A stretch of DNA of 64,000 nt from the NCBI GenBank assembly GCA_016235455.1, contig JACRKZ010000138.1, positions 1-64,000 on the forward strand, written 5' to 3'. Under the pieces are notes generated by a model. That model saw nothing but the letters and a program-made list of their open reading frames with translations, ran no database searches and was not told the DNA's origin. The stretch is from Armatimonadota bacterium. Lineage in GTDB: Bacteria > Armatimonadota > UBA10988. Below, one piece after another: positions 1 through 11,325 of this stretch (position 1 is its first letter; each line of letters starts with the position of its first letter). Made by a program: the position numbers and the translations under genes.

Positions 1-2
1 AT

Positions 3-770
3 CTGGGTCTGGTCGTCCTGCTGCCGCTCACGGCGCTGGTCTGGCGCACGACCAGCCTGGGACTGGCCGGCTTCTGGGCCGTGGTCACCGACGAGCGCGT
101 GCTGGCCTCGTACCGTGTGACCTTTGGCACAGCGCTGGTCGGCGCTTCCATCAACGCGGTATTCGGTTCGATCGTGGCCTGGACGCTGGTGCGCTACCGC
201 TTCCCCGGCCGCGACCTGCTCGACGCGCTGGTCGACCTGCCCTTCGCGCTGCCGACCGCGGTGTCGGGCATCGCGCTGACCGCGCTCTACTCACCGAAAG
301 GCTGGATCGGCGCGCTGCTGGCGCCGTATGGCATCAAGGTCGCCTACACGCCCTGGGGCATCGCCGTGGCCCTGACCTTCATCGGCCTGCCGTTTGTCGT
401 GCGCAGCCTGCAGCCCGCGCTGGAGGAGCTTGAGGCCGAGGTGGAGGAGGCCGCCGCCAGCCTCGGCGCCAGCCGCTGGCAGACCTTCCGCCGGGTCATC
501 TGGCCCGCGGTCTCGCCGGCCTTGGCCTCCGGCTTCGCCCTGGCCTTCGCGCGGGCGCTGGGCGAGTACGGCTCGGTGGTCTTCATCAGCGGCAACATGC
601 CCATGCGCACCGAGATCACGTCGCTGCTGATCATCACCAAACTCGAGCAGTTCGACTACGCCGGCGCCACGGCGCTGGCCGTGTCCATGCTGCTGGCCTC
701 GTTCGCCATCCTGCTGACGCTCAACGTCGGGCAGTGGCTCGTTCGCGCGCGCCACCAGAAGGGATCCTGA
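3..770 (+). CDS. cysT: Sulfate ABC transporter permease CysT (5' end lies outside the window)
   Basis: The frame is open from base 3 (LGLVVLLPL...). Motifs DLPFALPTAVSG, EAAASLGA (EAA loop) and FARALGEYGSV; first gene of cysTWA. Confidence 0.95.
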   Translation: MGLVVLLPLTALVWRTTSLGLAGFWAVVTDERVLASYRVTFGTALVGASINAVFGSIVAWTLVRYRFPGRDLLDALVDLPFALPTAVSGIALTALYSPKGWIGALLAPYGIKVAYTPWGIAVALTFIGLPFVVRSLQPALEELEAEVEEAAASLGASRWQTFRRVIWPAVSPALASGFALAFARALGEYGSVVFISGNMPMRTEITSLLIITKLEQFDYAGATALAVSMLLASFAILLTLNVGQWLVRARHQKGS

Positions 771-773
771 CCC

Positions 774-1628
774 ATGAAGCGTGCAGGCGATCCGCTCTGG
801 CTGCGCGTGTTGCTGATCGCGGTGTCGACTGCCTTTCTGGGCCTGTTCGTGCTGTTGCCGCTGATCGCGGTGTTCGCCGGCGCACTGCGCGATGGGCTGG
901 GTGTCTACCTGCGAGCGCTGGCCGAACCAGAGGCGTGGTCGGCCATCAAGTTGACGCTGCTCGTAGCCGCCATCGTGGTGCCGGCCAACGTGTTCTTCGG
1001 CCTGGCCGCGGCGTGGACCATCGCGCGCTTCCGCTTTGTCGGGCGCAGCCTGCTGACCACGCTCATCGACCTGCCCTTCGCGGTCTCGCCGGTGGTCTCG
1101 GGCCTCATCTACGTGCTCATGTTCGGCCTGCACGGTTGGTTCGGCCCATGGCTGTCGGCGCACAACCTGAAGGTCATCTTCGCCGTGCCCGGCGTGGTGC
1201 TGGCCACGTTGTTCGTCACCTTCCCGTTCGTCGCGCGCGAGCTCATCCCGCTCATGGAGGAGCAGGGCAGCGAAGAGGAAGAGGCCGCCCTGGTGCTCGG
1301 CGCGGGCGGGCTGCGCACCTTCTGGAGCATCACCCTACCCAACGTGCGCTGGGCGCTGCTGTACGGCGTCATCCTCTGCAACGCCCGCGCCATGGGGGAG
1401 TTCGGCGCGGTGTCTGTGGTCTCGGGCCACATCCGCGGCCGGACCAACACGCTGCCGCTGCAGGTGGAGATCCTCTACAACGAGTACCAGTTCGCCGCCG
1501 CCTTCGCGCTGGCCTCACTGCTGTCGCTGCTGGCCCTGGTGACGCTGGTCATCAAACGGCTGGCGGAACGCAAAGTGGCGCGAGAGAAGCGCGCCGGCCT
1601 CAGCCTGGAGCCGTCCCTTGAGCATTGA
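774..1628 (+). CDS. cysW: Sulfate ABC transporter permease CysW
   Basis: [42 protein letters not shown]; follows cysT. Confidence 0.95.
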   Translation: MKRAGDPLWLRVLLIAVSTAFLGLFVLLPLIAVFAGALRDGLGVYLRALAEPEAWSAIKLTLLVAAIVVPANVFFGLAAAWTIARFRFVGRSLLTTLIDLPFAVSPVVSGLIYVLMFGLHGWFGPWLSAHNLKVIFAVPGVVLATLFVTFPFVARELIPLMEEQGSEEEEAALVLGAGGLRTFWSITLPNVRWALLYGVILCNARAMGEFGAVSVVSGHIRGRTNTLPLQVEILYNEYQFAAAFALASLLSLLALVTLVIKRLAERKVAREKRAGLSLEPSLEH

Positions 1629-2694
1629 AGTCCGCCACATCACCAAGACCTTCAACCAGCACCAGGCCCTGCGCGATGTCAGCCTGGCCGTGCCCAACGG
1701 CGAGTTGGTGGCGCTGCTGGGTCCTTCGGGCTGCGGCAAGACCACGCTGCTGCGCATCATCGCCGGCCTCGAGGAGCCGGACGCCGACGACAGCGCACGG
1801 GTGCTCTTCGACGGCCAGGACGTGGCCGAGCGCGGCGTCGGCCAGCGGCGCGTGGGCTTCGTCTTCCAGCACTATGCGCTGTTCCGACACATGAACGTGT
1901 TCGACAACATCGCCTTCGGCATGCGGGTCAAGCCCTGGCGCCAACGGCCCCGGCGCGGGCAGATACGCGACAAGGTCACTCACCTGCTGGAACTCATCCA
2001 GATGGCTGACCTGGGCCGACGCTTCCCTTCGCAGCTCTCGGGCGGCCAGCGCCAGCGCGTGGCTCTGGCCCGCGCGCTGGCCGTGGAGCCCAAGGTGCTG
2101 CTGCTCGACGAGCCGTTCGGCGCGCTCGACGCCAAGGTCCGCGCCGACTTGCGAAGCTGGTTGCGCCGGCTGCACGACGAGTTGCACATGACCAGCCTGT
2201 TCGTCACCCACGACCAGGAGGAGGCGCTGGAAGTGGCCGACCGCATCGTGGTCATGAACGACGGGCAGGTGGAGCAGGTGGGCACGCCCGACCAGGTCTT
2301 CCATCAGCCGACCAACACCTTCGTGGCCGACTTCCTGGGCAAGGTCAATCTATTCCACGCACGCGTCGAGCAGGGCAAGCTGGTGGCTGGCGCGCTGGTC
2401 ATGGACGCCCCGGCCTCGGGCGCCGCCGAAGGCCAGGCGGCGCAGGTGCTGGTGCGCCCGCACGACCTGCTCGTGGCCCGCGTGGCCGACGACACCGCCG
2501 CGCTGCCGGCGAAGGTGACCCGCGTCATCTCGACCAGCTCGGTGGTGCGCGTCGACCTGGTCACCACCGACGGCCAGACGCTCCAGGCCGATCTGGCGCA
2601 CGAGGCGTTCGCGCCGCTGGCGTTGAGCGTGGGCGACGCGGTGTTTGTCGGGCCGCGGCGGTCGCACGTGGTGGTGGATGACTATGTGATCTGA
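1618..2694 (+). CDS. cysA: Sulfate ABC transporter ATP-binding protein CysA
   Basis: Walker A GPSGCGKT, signature LSGGQRQR, Walker B LLLDEP, C-terminal TOBE-like region; TTG start overlaps the cysW end. Confidence 0.95.
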   Translation: MSIEVRHITKTFNQHQALRDVSLAVPNGELVALLGPSGCGKTTLLRIIAGLEEPDADDSARVLFDGQDVAERGVGQRRVGFVFQHYALFRHMNVFDNIAFGMRVKPWRQRPRRGQIRDKVTHLLELIQMADLGRRFPSQLSGGQRQRVALARALAVEPKVLLLDEPFGALDAKVRADLRSWLRRLHDELHMTSLFVTHDQEEALEVADRIVVMNDGQVEQVGTPDQVFHQPTNTFVADFLGKVNLFHARVEQGKLVAGALVMDAPASGAAEGQAAQVLVRPHDLLVARVADDTAALPAKVTRVISTSSVVRVDLVTTDGQTLQADLAHEAFAPLALSVGDAVFVGPRRSHVVVDDYVI

Positions 2695-2706
2695 GCGCCG
2701 CTCGGC

Positions 2707-3399
2707 TCACCGCTGAGATGCCCGAGGCGGCGGCGGCAGCGTCTTCTTCACCAGATCGTACAAGCGGCACAACAGCACGGGCACCTCGTCGCGCAGCATC
2801 AGCCGGTCGAGGTGGTACTGGCCGTCGGGAAAGCCCTCGAAGACGCCCCGGTCGGCAAGCACCTTGAGTGCCTCCTCGCGGCTCGGCGCCGGGCTGTCCG
2901 GTGGGCTCTGGCGCGTCATGACGGCCAGCAGCCGGGCCAGCGCCACGCCGGCCTCACCGCGCGAGATTGGCTCGGTCCGGGCGCGAGTGCCGGAAATGGC
3001 CCCGGCGTCCAGCCGGCACGACGACACCTGCCGCAGCGCGGCCGCCGCCCAATGGTCGGGCGGCACGTCGCGGAAGCGCGGTCCCCACACCGCCTCGAAC
3101 AGCCCACGGTCGCGCAGAACCATGTCCGGGTCGGGCAGGCCGGTCCCGCCGCAATGGGCGACGTCGGCCGGCATCCAGTTGACCGTACGGCCGAGAATGA
3201 AGCCGAACTCCTCACGCGTCACCGGGTCGTTCAGGCGGTAGTAGCCGCCGGGATAGCCATCCAGCACCCCGACAGAGCTTAGCTTCTCGATAGCCTGATA
3301 GGCCCAGTGGCACGGAATGTCATTGAACGCGCCGGCCTGGGCGCCACCGGCGCATAGCGCCGCCAGCCCGACCATGCCTATGCGCCGCCAAGCTCGCAT
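2707..3399 (-). CDS. Secreted S-layer homology (SLH) domain protein
   Basis: Signal peptide; SLH motifs FNDIPCHWAYQAI...GYPGG...VTREE, FRDVPPDHWAAAA and GFPDG...MLRDE. Confidence 0.8.
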   Translation of the reverse strand: MRAWRRIGMVGLAALCAGGAQAGAFNDIPCHWAYQAIEKLSSVGVLDGYPGGYYRLNDPVTREEFGFILGRTVNWMPADVAHCGGTGLPDPDMVLRDRGLFEAVWGPRFRDVPPDHWAAAALRQVSSCRLDAGAISGTRARTEPISRGEAGVALARLLAVMTRQSPPDSPAPSREEALKVLADRGVFEGFPDGQYHLDRLMLRDEVPVLLCRLYDLVKKTLPPPPRASQR

Positions 3400-3545
3400 C
3401 GCCGCCCTCCTGTTCGCCGCTCACTGTGCCACATGGCCAGCGCGTCCGCCAGTCGGGCCGACCGCTGACCCGAGCCGACACGAACGGCATTTGCCGGCAA
3501 CGATGAGGTCGGCTAGACTGGCGCCACCAAGCGGAGTACCAACCC

Positions 3546-6500
3546 ATGGCGAGCACCACAGCGGCCCGCAAAGCAGCGATCCTGGTGATCAGTCTAGCGC
3601 TGACCGGTGCCGCGGCCAAGGAGCCCGTCGACTATGTCAACCCGCTGATCGGCGCCAGCACCAACGCCGCCCTGGGCGAAGGCAAGACCTTCCCCGGCGC
3701 GGCCACTCCGTTCGGCCTGGTGCAGCTTAGCCCCGACACCGTCACCGGCGGCGACAACGGGCCGGGCTACTCCTACGAGCACCGCACCATCGAGGGCTTC
3801 AGCTTCACCCACATGAGCGGGATCGGCTGGTATGGCGACTTGGGCAACCTGCAGGTGATGCCCACCGTCGGCCCGCTGCGCACCTCGTGCGGCCGCGAAC
3901 AGCAGCCGGGCGAAGGCTGGCGCAGCCGCTACGAGCACGACACCGAGGTGGCCCAGGCCGGCTACTACGCCGTGACGCTGGCCGACAGCGGCATCCGCGC
4001 CGAATGCACCGCGGCGCCGCGCGCGGGGATGCTGCGCTTCACACTGCCCCAGGCCGACCCGGCACGCCTCCAGATCGATCTGGCCCGTCGCGTGGCTGGC
4101 ACGTCCACGCGGCAGTACGTCAAGGTCGTCTCCGACCATGCCATCGAGGGTTGGATGCTCTGCACGCCGGCTGGCGGCGGCTGGGGCAATGGCGGCGGCG
4201 GCGGCCACTACAAGCTGCACTTCGCGCTCGAGTTCAGCCGGCCGCTGGGCGAGTTCGGCGTCTACAGCGCCGACATCCCCGACGACTGGCCGCGCAACAA
4301 CGATGCCATCGTCACGCCACGCTACCGCGAACGCGTCGCGGCGGCCCAGGTTATACGAGGCTGCCGCGAGTTCGAGGGCGCTCACCTGGGCTTCTTCGCC
4401 GAGTTCCCCAGCCGCGCCGGCGAGCAGGTGCTGGTCAAAGCCGGCATCTCGTTTGTCAGCCCCGAGGGCGCGCGCGCCAACCTCCGGCACGACATCGACC
4501 ACTGGGATTTCGACCGCGTGCGAACCGAGGCGCGCGCCCGCTGGGCCGAGGCGCTGGGCGGCATCAACGCCGAGGGCGGCAACGATGCGCAGCGTGAAGC
4601 GTTCTTCACCGCCATCTACCACTGCCTGATCGACCCGCGCAGCGTCAGCGATGTCGATGGCCAGTACATCGGCGCCGACGACCAGCCGCACCGCGCGCCG
4701 GATTTCACCTACCGCTCGGTGTTCAGCGGCTGGGATGTGTTCCGCAGCCAGTTCCCGCTGCTCACGCTGGTCCGGCCCGATGTGGTCAACGACCAGATCA
4801 ACTCGCAGATCCAGCTCGCCGAACTCAGCGGCCGCGGCTACTTCGAGCGCTGGGAGATGCTCAACGCCTACTCGGGCTGCATGATCGGCGACCCCATGGT
4901 GTCCATTCTGGCCAACGCCTATCAGCGCGGCATCCGTGGTTACGATGCCGACAAGGCCTGGCGGTTCGCGCGGGCCTCCATGGAGCGTAGCACCGGCCGC
5001 ATCGGCTGGTCGCCGGGCAGCCTGTCGCAGACCGTCGAGAACGCCTACTACGACCACTGCCTGGCACGCCTGGCGGCGGCCCTGGGCAGGACCGACGAAG
5101 TGGCGCCGCTCGAAGCCCGCGCGCAGTGGTACGCGAACCTCTACGATCCCACCGTGGGCAACCTGCGCGCGCGCCTGGCCGACGGCAGTTGGACCACCTG
5201 GCAGGGCAAGACCGTCCACGGCCAGGGCTGCGTCGAGAGCAATCCCTACCAGCAAGGCTGGTTCGTGCCCCAGGATGTGCAGGGCCTTGCAAACCTCATG
5301 GGCCTCGATCAGTTCCGCGCCTCGCTGGGCGAGTTCTTCGACAGGACGCCGCTCAGCTTCAAGTGGAACGACTACTACAACCACGCCAACGAGCCGGTAC
5401 ACCACGTGCCCTACCTGTTCACCTACGCAGGCCAGCCGTGGCTCACGCAGAAGTGGGCACGCACGGTCATGGACCATGCGTATGGTCCCGGCGTCAAGGG
5501 TCTGTGCGGCAACGAGGACGTCGGCCAGATGTCGGCCTGGTACGTGCTCAGCGCCGCCGGCTTCCACCCGGTCTCGCCCGTCGATGGCGTCTTCCTGCTG
5601 GGCAGCCCGCTGTTCGACAAGGTGACGCTGCGGCTCGACCCACGCTACTACCCCGGCCGCTCGTTTGCCGTCGTCGCCCGTGACAACGGGCCGACGCACC
5701 CGTACATCCAGTCGGCGACGCTCAACGGCCGGCCGTTGTCGCGCGCCTGGCTGCGCCACGAGGAGATCGTGGCCGGCGGCACGCTGGAGCTGACCATGGG
5801 CGCCGAGCCGAACCAGGCCTGGGGCACCGCGCCGGCCGACCGGCCGCCGTCGCTCAGCCAGCCCGTCGTCTGCACCGGCCTGACCGTGGCACCCGTCAAG
5901 CCCGGCTGGGGCGAAGCCATCACAGCCACCGTGACGCTGGCCAACCAGGGCGACGCACCCACGCCGGCGCGAGCCCAGGTGTGGACGGACGACAAGCTGC
6001 TGGCCAGCGTGCCGGTCACGCTGGCCGCCGGCGAACGCCGCGCCGTGGCCGTGCCGCTGCGGATAGCGGGCCCGGGGCGCCAGGTCCTGCACACCGTCGG
6101 CCAGCCGCCGGTCGAGCTGGAACTGGTCGACAACCGGCCGCTGCGTGTCCTCTCGGTGACCGCCGGCGACGACGGCGCCAAGGTCATGATCGCCTTGTCC
6201 AAACGGCCCGACAAGGCCTTCCTGGCCGCCGACTGCCGCATCGACGGCGTGGCGCCGCGGAGCCTGGAGGCAGCGCCCACGGGCACCGAATGGACTCTCG
6301 AGCCGGCCCAGTCGCTCGCGCCCGGTCGCCATCGTCTGGCGCTCGGTGGGCTCGGGGAGCTGAGCTTTGGTGTCGTCCGTGCCAAAGTGGAGGTCTTCCG
6401 CACCACCGGTGAATGGGCCGACCTGCCCACGGGCGCGCCCTCGGCCAAGGACTACGCCGACGCGCACGCCCAGCACGGCGCGACCGTGAGTTGGCTGGCG

Positions 6501-6950
6501 CCCTTCGCCCCGCCGCACGCGGCCGCCGGCAGCGACGGTCCGCTGCTGCCACGCCTGCTCGACGGCCTGGCCGCGGGGAGCGACGACGACACCGGCCACT
6601 GCACCTGGCTCGATGGCGGCGAAGCGCGGCTGCTGCTCGACCTCCAGGCCGAGATCCCCGTGACGCGCATCGCCACCTACTCCTGGCACCGCGGCGACCG
6701 CGCCCCACAACAGTTCGCCCTCTACGGCGCCGCCGGACCCACCGCGCCGGACGCCACCGAGGCCCTCGGCCCGCCGTGGGAGCACCTCGCCGACGTCGAC
6801 AGCACGCGCCTGGGCGACGGCGGCAAGCATGTCTCCACGGTCCGCGGCCAGCCACTGGGCACCTACCGCTGGCTGCTGTGGGTGCTGCAGCCGGTGGCCA
6901 AGCGGGAGAACCAGGGCACCTTCTTGACCGAAATCGATGTGGCTCAGTAG
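3546..6950 (+). CDS. Secreted GH92 alpha-1,2-mannosidase with C-terminal accessory (Ig-like and CBM-like) domains
   Basis: VDYVNPLIG, PGAATPFGLVQLSPDT, FSFTHMSG, WDVFRS, NEPVHHVPY, GNEDVGQMSAWYV; about 370 extra C-terminal residues. Confidence 0.9.
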   Translation: MASTTAARKAAILVISLALTGAAAKEPVDYVNPLIGASTNAALGEGKTFPGAATPFGLVQLSPDTVTGGDNGPGYSYEHRTIEGFSFTHMSGIGWYGDLGNLQVMPTVGPLRTSCGREQQPGEGWRSRYEHDTEVAQAGYYAVTLADSGIRAECTAAPRAGMLRFTLPQADPARLQIDLARRVAGTSTRQYVKVVSDHAIEGWMLCTPAGGGWGNGGGGGHYKLHFALEFSRPLGEFGVYSADIPDDWPRNNDAIVTPRYRERVAAAQVIRGCREFEGAHLGFFAEFPSRAGEQVLVKAGISFVSPEGARANLRHDIDHWDFDRVRTEARARWAEALGGINAEGGNDAQREAFFTAIYHCLIDPRSVSDVDGQYIGADDQPHRAPDFTYRSVFSGWDVFRSQFPLLTLVRPDVVNDQINSQIQLAELSGRGYFERWEMLNAYSGCMIGDPMVSILANAYQRGIRGYDADKAWRFARASMERSTGRIGWSPGSLSQTVENAYYDHCLARLAAALGRTDEVAPLEARAQWYANLYDPTVGNLRARLADGSWTTWQGKTVHGQGCVESNPYQQGWFVPQDVQGLANLMGLDQFRASLGEFFDRTPLSFKWNDYYNHANEPVHHVPYLFTYAGQPWLTQKWARTVMDHAYGPGVKGLCGNEDVGQMSAWYVLSAAGFHPVSPVDGVFLLGSPLFDKVTLRLDPRYYPGRSFAVVARDNGPTHPYIQSATLNGRPLSRAWLRHEEIVAGGTLELTMGAEPNQAWGTAPADRPPSLSQPVVCTGLTVAPVKPGWGEAITATVTLANQGDAPTPARAQVWTDDKLLASVPVTLAAGERRAVAVPLRIAGPGRQVLHTVGQPPVELELVDNRPLRVLSVTAGDDGAKVMIALSKRPDKAFLAADCRIDGVAPRSLEAAPTGTEWTLEPAQSLAPGRHRLALGGLGELSFGVVRAKVEVFRTTGEWADLPTGAPSAKDYADAHAQHGATVSWLAPFAPPHAAAGSDGPLLPRLLDGLAAGSDDDTGHCTWLDGGEARLLLDLQAEIPVTRIATYSWHRGDRAPQQFALYGAAGPTAPDATEALGPPWEHLADVDSTRLGDGGKHVSTVRGQPLGTYRWLLWVLQPVAKRENQGTFLTEIDVAQ

Positions 6951-7016
6951 GCGCACTGCGCGCTTCTTGTATCGGGATCCGGCCCAAGCTACACTGGCCC
7001 TGCCAAGGCGACGTCC

Positions 7017-9875
7017 ATGACCCTCACGCTGCTGCTGCTCACCGCCTGCCCCATCCTGGCCGGTCCCGCGCCGCTGGTGCTGCGCAACGACTCCGCGCTC
7101 CGCGAACTGACCTTCGACGGCCAGGTCTGGCGCACGACACGCTTGGCCCGCGCCGACGGCAGCGAGAGCGTTGCTCTCGTTAGCGATGAGTTCCACCTGC
7201 TCTACCTCGACGACCGCGAGGCCGACATCGGCGCCTATCAGGTCGACGGCGAGCCGGTCTGGCAGGGCAAGGAGCGGCTCGCCCTGCGCTATCGTCCGCG
7301 CGCCGGCGCCGACCTGCCGCCGGTGACGCTGACCTACTGGGTCGGGCCGGGCGCCACGCTGCGCAAGACCGTCACGCTGGGCATGAAGCCGGGCACATCG
7401 CTGGACCGGCTCGAGGTCGAGCGCTTCGTCACCCAGTCGCCCGCCGGCCGCGGCGGCCGCGGCGAGCCGGTCTATCTCGATGGCCGCTGGTTCTGCGGCC
7501 TGGAGTACCCCGCCGGCCACACCCGCCATACCGACGGCAACACGCCCGCCGCCGACGCCCACCATTACGAGAAGGTCGGCAACTACAGCCTCGTCGACCT
7601 CGACGGGCGCGACCGGCTGAAGACGCCCGTGCCCGGCATGGTGCGGCTCATCCACTTCCCCGGCGATGCGCCGGCCGATGGGCGGCTGGTCAGCAAGACC
7701 GCCGTGTTCGGCATCGGCCGGCCGGGACAGCCCATCGAGCTGGCCTTTGGCGACTACCTGCGCACCGTGGCCAAGCCCGACCGCTCTTTTGCCCACTACA
7801 ACAACTGGTTCGACGGCTCGGGCAAGAGCCTCCGTGGCGACGCCTTCGTCAAGGTGTGGCGCGCCTTCAAGCAGCGGCTGGAGCCCGCCGGCCTGCGGCT
7901 GGAGGCCATGGTGCCGGACAACGGCTGGCAGAACGGCAGCTCGCTCTGGGAACCGGGCGGCGACTTCCCCGGCGGCATGGCCGATCTGGCCAGGCTGGGC
8001 AAGATGCTGAAGGACGAGGGCTCGGGCCTCGGCCTGTGGCTGTCGCTCGACGGCACCAGCAACAACATCGGCTGGGGCGAGCAGCATGGCTACGCGCGCG
8101 CCAAGGCCAACGCCTACTTCAGCCAGTACTTCGCGCACTACTCGCTCTCGCAGCCCAAGTACCGCGCCGACATGGAGGCGCAGTTGCGCCGGCTGGTCCG
8201 CGAGTGCGGCCTGACCTACTTCAAGCATGACTTCAACCACCTGAGCGATGTCGGCCCCGGCAACGGCCATCCGGCCACGGACCGCCACGGCCACGAGGCC
8301 AACGTCGACGCGATGATCGCGCTGCTGGCCGCCTGCCGCGCCGAGAACCCGGCCATCTACCAGAACCTGACCAACTGGATGTGGTTCTCGCCCTGGTGGC
8401 TGATGCACGGCGACGCACTGTGGATGCTGGCCGGCGACGACGGCTTCAACCGCAACCAGCCCGAGCTGTCCAGCCGCGCCATGGCCACCACCGACCGCGA
8501 CACCTACCTGTGGCGCATGTGGGGCAACCCCGCCGACCGCCCGCTGGTGCCCATCTCGCGGCTCATGACGCACGGCATCATCCGCAACCCCGGCGGCCAG
8601 ATGGAGTCGCCGCAAGACACGCTGGCCGACTGGGCCGACCACGTCTGGATGCACTACGGACGCGGCACGCAGCTCAAGGAGTGGTACATCACGCCCGCCG
8701 CCCTGGATGACGCGCACTGGCAGGTGCTGCTCGACGTGCACCGCTGGAGCCAGCGCAACTTCAAAGCGCTCTGCAACACCGTGTTCGTCGGTGGCCGGCC
8801 CGACGAGGGCCGGGTCTATGGCTATCTGGGCTGGGACGGTGACCATGGCGTGCTGGTCGCGCGCAACCCCGCGGTCGCCGAGCAGACGCTGACCGCGCCG
8901 TTCGACGCCACCACGCTGTACCGCGGCAAGGCCGGCCAACCGTTCCGCGCCAAGCAGATCTACCCACAGGCCGGCGACTGGCCGACACCCTACCGCTCAG
9001 GCCAGCCGCTGGCCGTCACCATCCCCGGCTACACCACCATTGTCTTGGAGCTGGACCGCGGCGCCGCGACCAAGGCCAACACGCCAGACTTGTCGCGGCC
9101 CAAGGTCAGCGCCCAGTCGGTGACGCTGCCCGACGAGGTCATGGCCCGCTGCGACCTGCTGGTCATCGGCTACGACGAGCTGCCCATCGTGGCCCTCGAC
9201 GGCCAACCCGCGACACCGGCGCGCAGCAGCGAGGGCGGCGTGAACCAGTTCGCCGGCTATGCGCGCTCGGGCATGCCCAGCGCCACCGCGCGCATGTGGC
9301 GCATGGCCGGCTTCGACCTGCGGGCACGTCGCGGCCAGACGGTGACGCTCGGCTTCACCGGCGAGACGCGGGCCGAGGCCTGGCTGCTACTGGACCGTCC
9401 GCAGGGCGGCCGGACCATCCGCCAGACGGTGCGCGTCATGCCCGAGACCAAACTCCAGGCGCCGCCGCCGCGTGCGATCACCGACGCCGAATGGGCCGCT
9501 CGCCGCGCCGCGCGGCTCCGCCTCGACACCTTCGGCCTGGAGCCCTGGGCCGGTGGCAAGGCCAGCGTTGAGCTCAACGGCCAGATCGCGGGCGAACTGG
9601 CCGACCCCAAGGGGGGTGACTCCTGGCACTCCCAGACGCTGGACCTGCCGCTCGACCGCGTGCTGCGGGAGAACAAGCTCGCCGTGCTGCGCGAGAAGGA
9701 CGGCGACAAGTGGAAGCTGCGGCGCGCGACCCTGGAAGTGCAGTTGGCCGACGGCACCTGGGTGCCAAGCAACGTCGGCGCGCCGCAGACCAGCCACGGC
9801 GACTGGGCGTATCTGGAGGGCGAAGTCTTCGGGTCGCCGACGCGGACGCGGGTCATGGAGCTGGCGTTCAGGTGA
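7017..9875 (+). CDS. Secreted glycoside hydrolase-like protein (TIM barrel, alpha-galactosidase/clan GH-D-like)
   Basis: Signal peptide; YNNWFD, PDNGW, FPGG, GLWLS and YFKHDF resemble GH27/GH36 barrels; strong GC3 coding bias. Confidence 0.6.
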   Translation: MTLTLLLLTACPILAGPAPLVLRNDSALRELTFDGQVWRTTRLARADGSESVALVSDEFHLLYLDDREADIGAYQVDGEPVWQGKERLALRYRPRAGADLPPVTLTYWVGPGATLRKTVTLGMKPGTSLDRLEVERFVTQSPAGRGGRGEPVYLDGRWFCGLEYPAGHTRHTDGNTPAADAHHYEKVGNYSLVDLDGRDRLKTPVPGMVRLIHFPGDAPADGRLVSKTAVFGIGRPGQPIELAFGDYLRTVAKPDRSFAHYNNWFDGSGKSLRGDAFVKVWRAFKQRLEPAGLRLEAMVPDNGWQNGSSLWEPGGDFPGGMADLARLGKMLKDEGSGLGLWLSLDGTSNNIGWGEQHGYARAKANAYFSQYFAHYSLSQPKYRADMEAQLRRLVRECGLTYFKHDFNHLSDVGPGNGHPATDRHGHEANVDAMIALLAACRAENPAIYQNLTNWMWFSPWWLMHGDALWMLAGDDGFNRNQPELSSRAMATTDRDTYLWRMWGNPADRPLVPISRLMTHGIIRNPGGQMESPQDTLADWADHVWMHYGRGTQLKEWYITPAALDDAHWQVLLDVHRWSQRNFKALCNTVFVGGRPDEGRVYGYLGWDGDHGVLVARNPAVAEQTLTAPFDATTLYRGKAGQPFRAKQIYPQAGDWPTPYRSGQPLAVTIPGYTTIVLELDRGAATKANTPDLSRPKVSAQSVTLPDEVMARCDLLVIGYDELPIVALDGQPATPARSSEGGVNQFAGYARSGMPSATARMWRMAGFDLRARRGQTVTLGFTGETRAEAWLLLDRPQGGRTIRQTVRVMPETKLQAPPPRAITDAEWAARRAARLRLDTFGLEPWAGGKASVELNGQIAGELADPKGGDSWHSQTLDLPLDRVLRENKLAVLREKDGDKWKLRRATLEVQLADGTWVPSNVGAPQTSHGDWAYLEGEVFGSPTRTRVMELAFR

Positions 9876-10065
9876 GCTGGCCGCCGCTCCAGTAGGCCCG
9901 GCTCGGCCGTAGCGCCAGCAGCAGCGCCACCAGCACCAGCGCCGCCGCGTGCTGCCTCACTGGCTCGGCGAAGTGGGCGCCGATGACCATGCCGAGCAGC
10001 AGACAGCACCATTTGAGCAGGGCGATGTCAGACCACGCCCAGACCTTCGTGCGAAGCAGCTGCAT
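9868..10065 (-). CDS. Small membrane protein
   Basis: GGAG RBS before the ATG; two hydrophobic segments in 65 aa. Confidence 0.65.
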   Translation of the reverse strand: MQLLRTKVWAWSDIALLKWCCLLLGMVIGAHFAEPVRQHAAALVLVALLLALRPSRAYWSGGQLT

Positions 10066-10117
10066 GGCTTCGTCTCCGTTGACTCCAGTGTAGCGCGCAA
10101 CGCCGCGATCGGCCCGC

Positions 10118-11194
10118 TCACTCCGCCGGCGTCAACGGCAGATCCAGCCAGGCCAGCCCGATGTGCCGCCGCATGTGGCCCTGGTCGCGCGGGTCCTCGC
10201 GACCGTCGTAGAACAGCGCCAGCCGGTCGCCAACCTTGACCACCGAGGGCAGACCGACGATGGTCTGCGACCACTCGCAGTTCAGCCCATCGAGCACCAC
10301 CGCCTTGTGCCGAGGGTCCCACTTCGTTGGATCTTTGGACCAGTAGACCCACACCGCGTCGGTGTACTCGCCGCGCTGCAGCCCGACGTGGTTGGTGAAC
10401 AGGAACCAGGTCGCGTTGGCCGGCTCGTAGTACAGCGAGCTGTTCTCGATCTGCTCGGCCAGCGGCAGGGCCGGCTGCTCATCCACCGTCCAGGCACCGT
10501 TGAGGTCCTTGGTGCGGGCCAGGCTGAGCGTGCGCAGGATGGGCGCGTCGGTCGAGGCGCTGAAGAACATCAGGTACTCGTCGCCCTGCCGCACGATCTG
10601 GCCGGGACTCGCCGTCGCGGAATAGTAGGTGCCCGGCTTGGGCCGGAACGGCGTGACCTCGGGCTGCTTGACCCACGGCCCGGCCGGCGACTGACCGCGG
10701 GCCTTCATGGTCAGATAGGGGAACGCCGGGATGAGGTCGGGCGCCGGGCTGGTATGCGGCGTGCCGAGGTAATACATGTGCCAGTCCTGCCCATCGAAGT
10801 AGGTGGTGCCATACGACGCCGAGGCGGAGTCCGGTTCGCCCGGCTTGCCGAAGTCCAGCACGGGCCCCTTCTTGGTCCAGTGAGCCAAGTCGCCGCTGGT
10901 GGCCAGACACGACAGCCAGCCACGCGGGCCCGCGCCGTCGTAGTGCATGTAGTACGTGCCGCCGGACTCATACACCCACACATCGCGCGCGCCCAGCAGG
11001 TCGCACTGGCCCGGCCCGTCGCCCGAGCGCAACACGATGCCCTGGTCCTTCGCCTCCAGCCGATAGACGGCCGACGGCCGGCCGTCGGGGTACTGCCGCA
11101 CGTTCTCCGAGCGCACCATGCTCGTGCCTCCCAGCGCCGCCCAAGGCGCCAGCAGCGCGGCAGCGACGCATGTCAGGTTCGTGCACAGGTTCAT
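10118..11194 (-). CDS. Secreted five-bladed beta-propeller glycoside hydrolase-like protein (GH43/GH32/GH130 superfamily)
   Basis: GAGG RBS before ATG 11194; signal peptide; blade repeats YYMHYDG...LATSGDLAHW, YLMFFS...LARTKDL, LALFYDG...IGLA. Confidence 0.7.
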   Translation of the reverse strand: MNLCTNLTCVAAALLAPWAALGGTSMVRSENVRQYPDGRPSAVYRLEAKDQGIVLRSGDGPGQCDLLGARDVWVYESGGTYYMHYDGAGPRGWLSCLATSGDLAHWTKKGPVLDFGKPGEPDSASASYGTTYFDGQDWHMYYLGTPHTSPAPDLIPAFPYLTMKARGQSPAGPWVKQPEVTPFRPKPGTYYSATASPGQIVRQGDEYLMFFSASTDAPILRTLSLARTKDLNGAWTVDEQPALPLAEQIENSSLYYEPANATWFLFTNHVGLQRGEYTDAVWVYWSKDPTKWDPRHKAVVLDGLNCEWSQTIVGLPSVVKVGDRLALFYDGREDPRDQGHMRRHIGLAWLDLPLTPAE

Positions 11195-11325
11195 GGTTGT
11201 CCTCAACTGGCCCTGCTCATTCGGGCGCCGAGCGGCGTCCTCCTCCCCGCGTCACGACTTGCCAGCGCGGGCCGCCCAACCGCACAATGGGCTAGCGCCA
11301 CCACGCGCCGGGAGCCCGACCCGCC

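Noticed and set aside
3594-8939. Very long antisense ORFs (1781 aa here; also 26766-31046, 38008-40881, 54581-57808, 13949-15871)
   Set aside because: They shadow well-supported genes on the opposite strand, as expected in high-GC DNA with strong codon bias. Only the HD protein at 26766-27314 is real.
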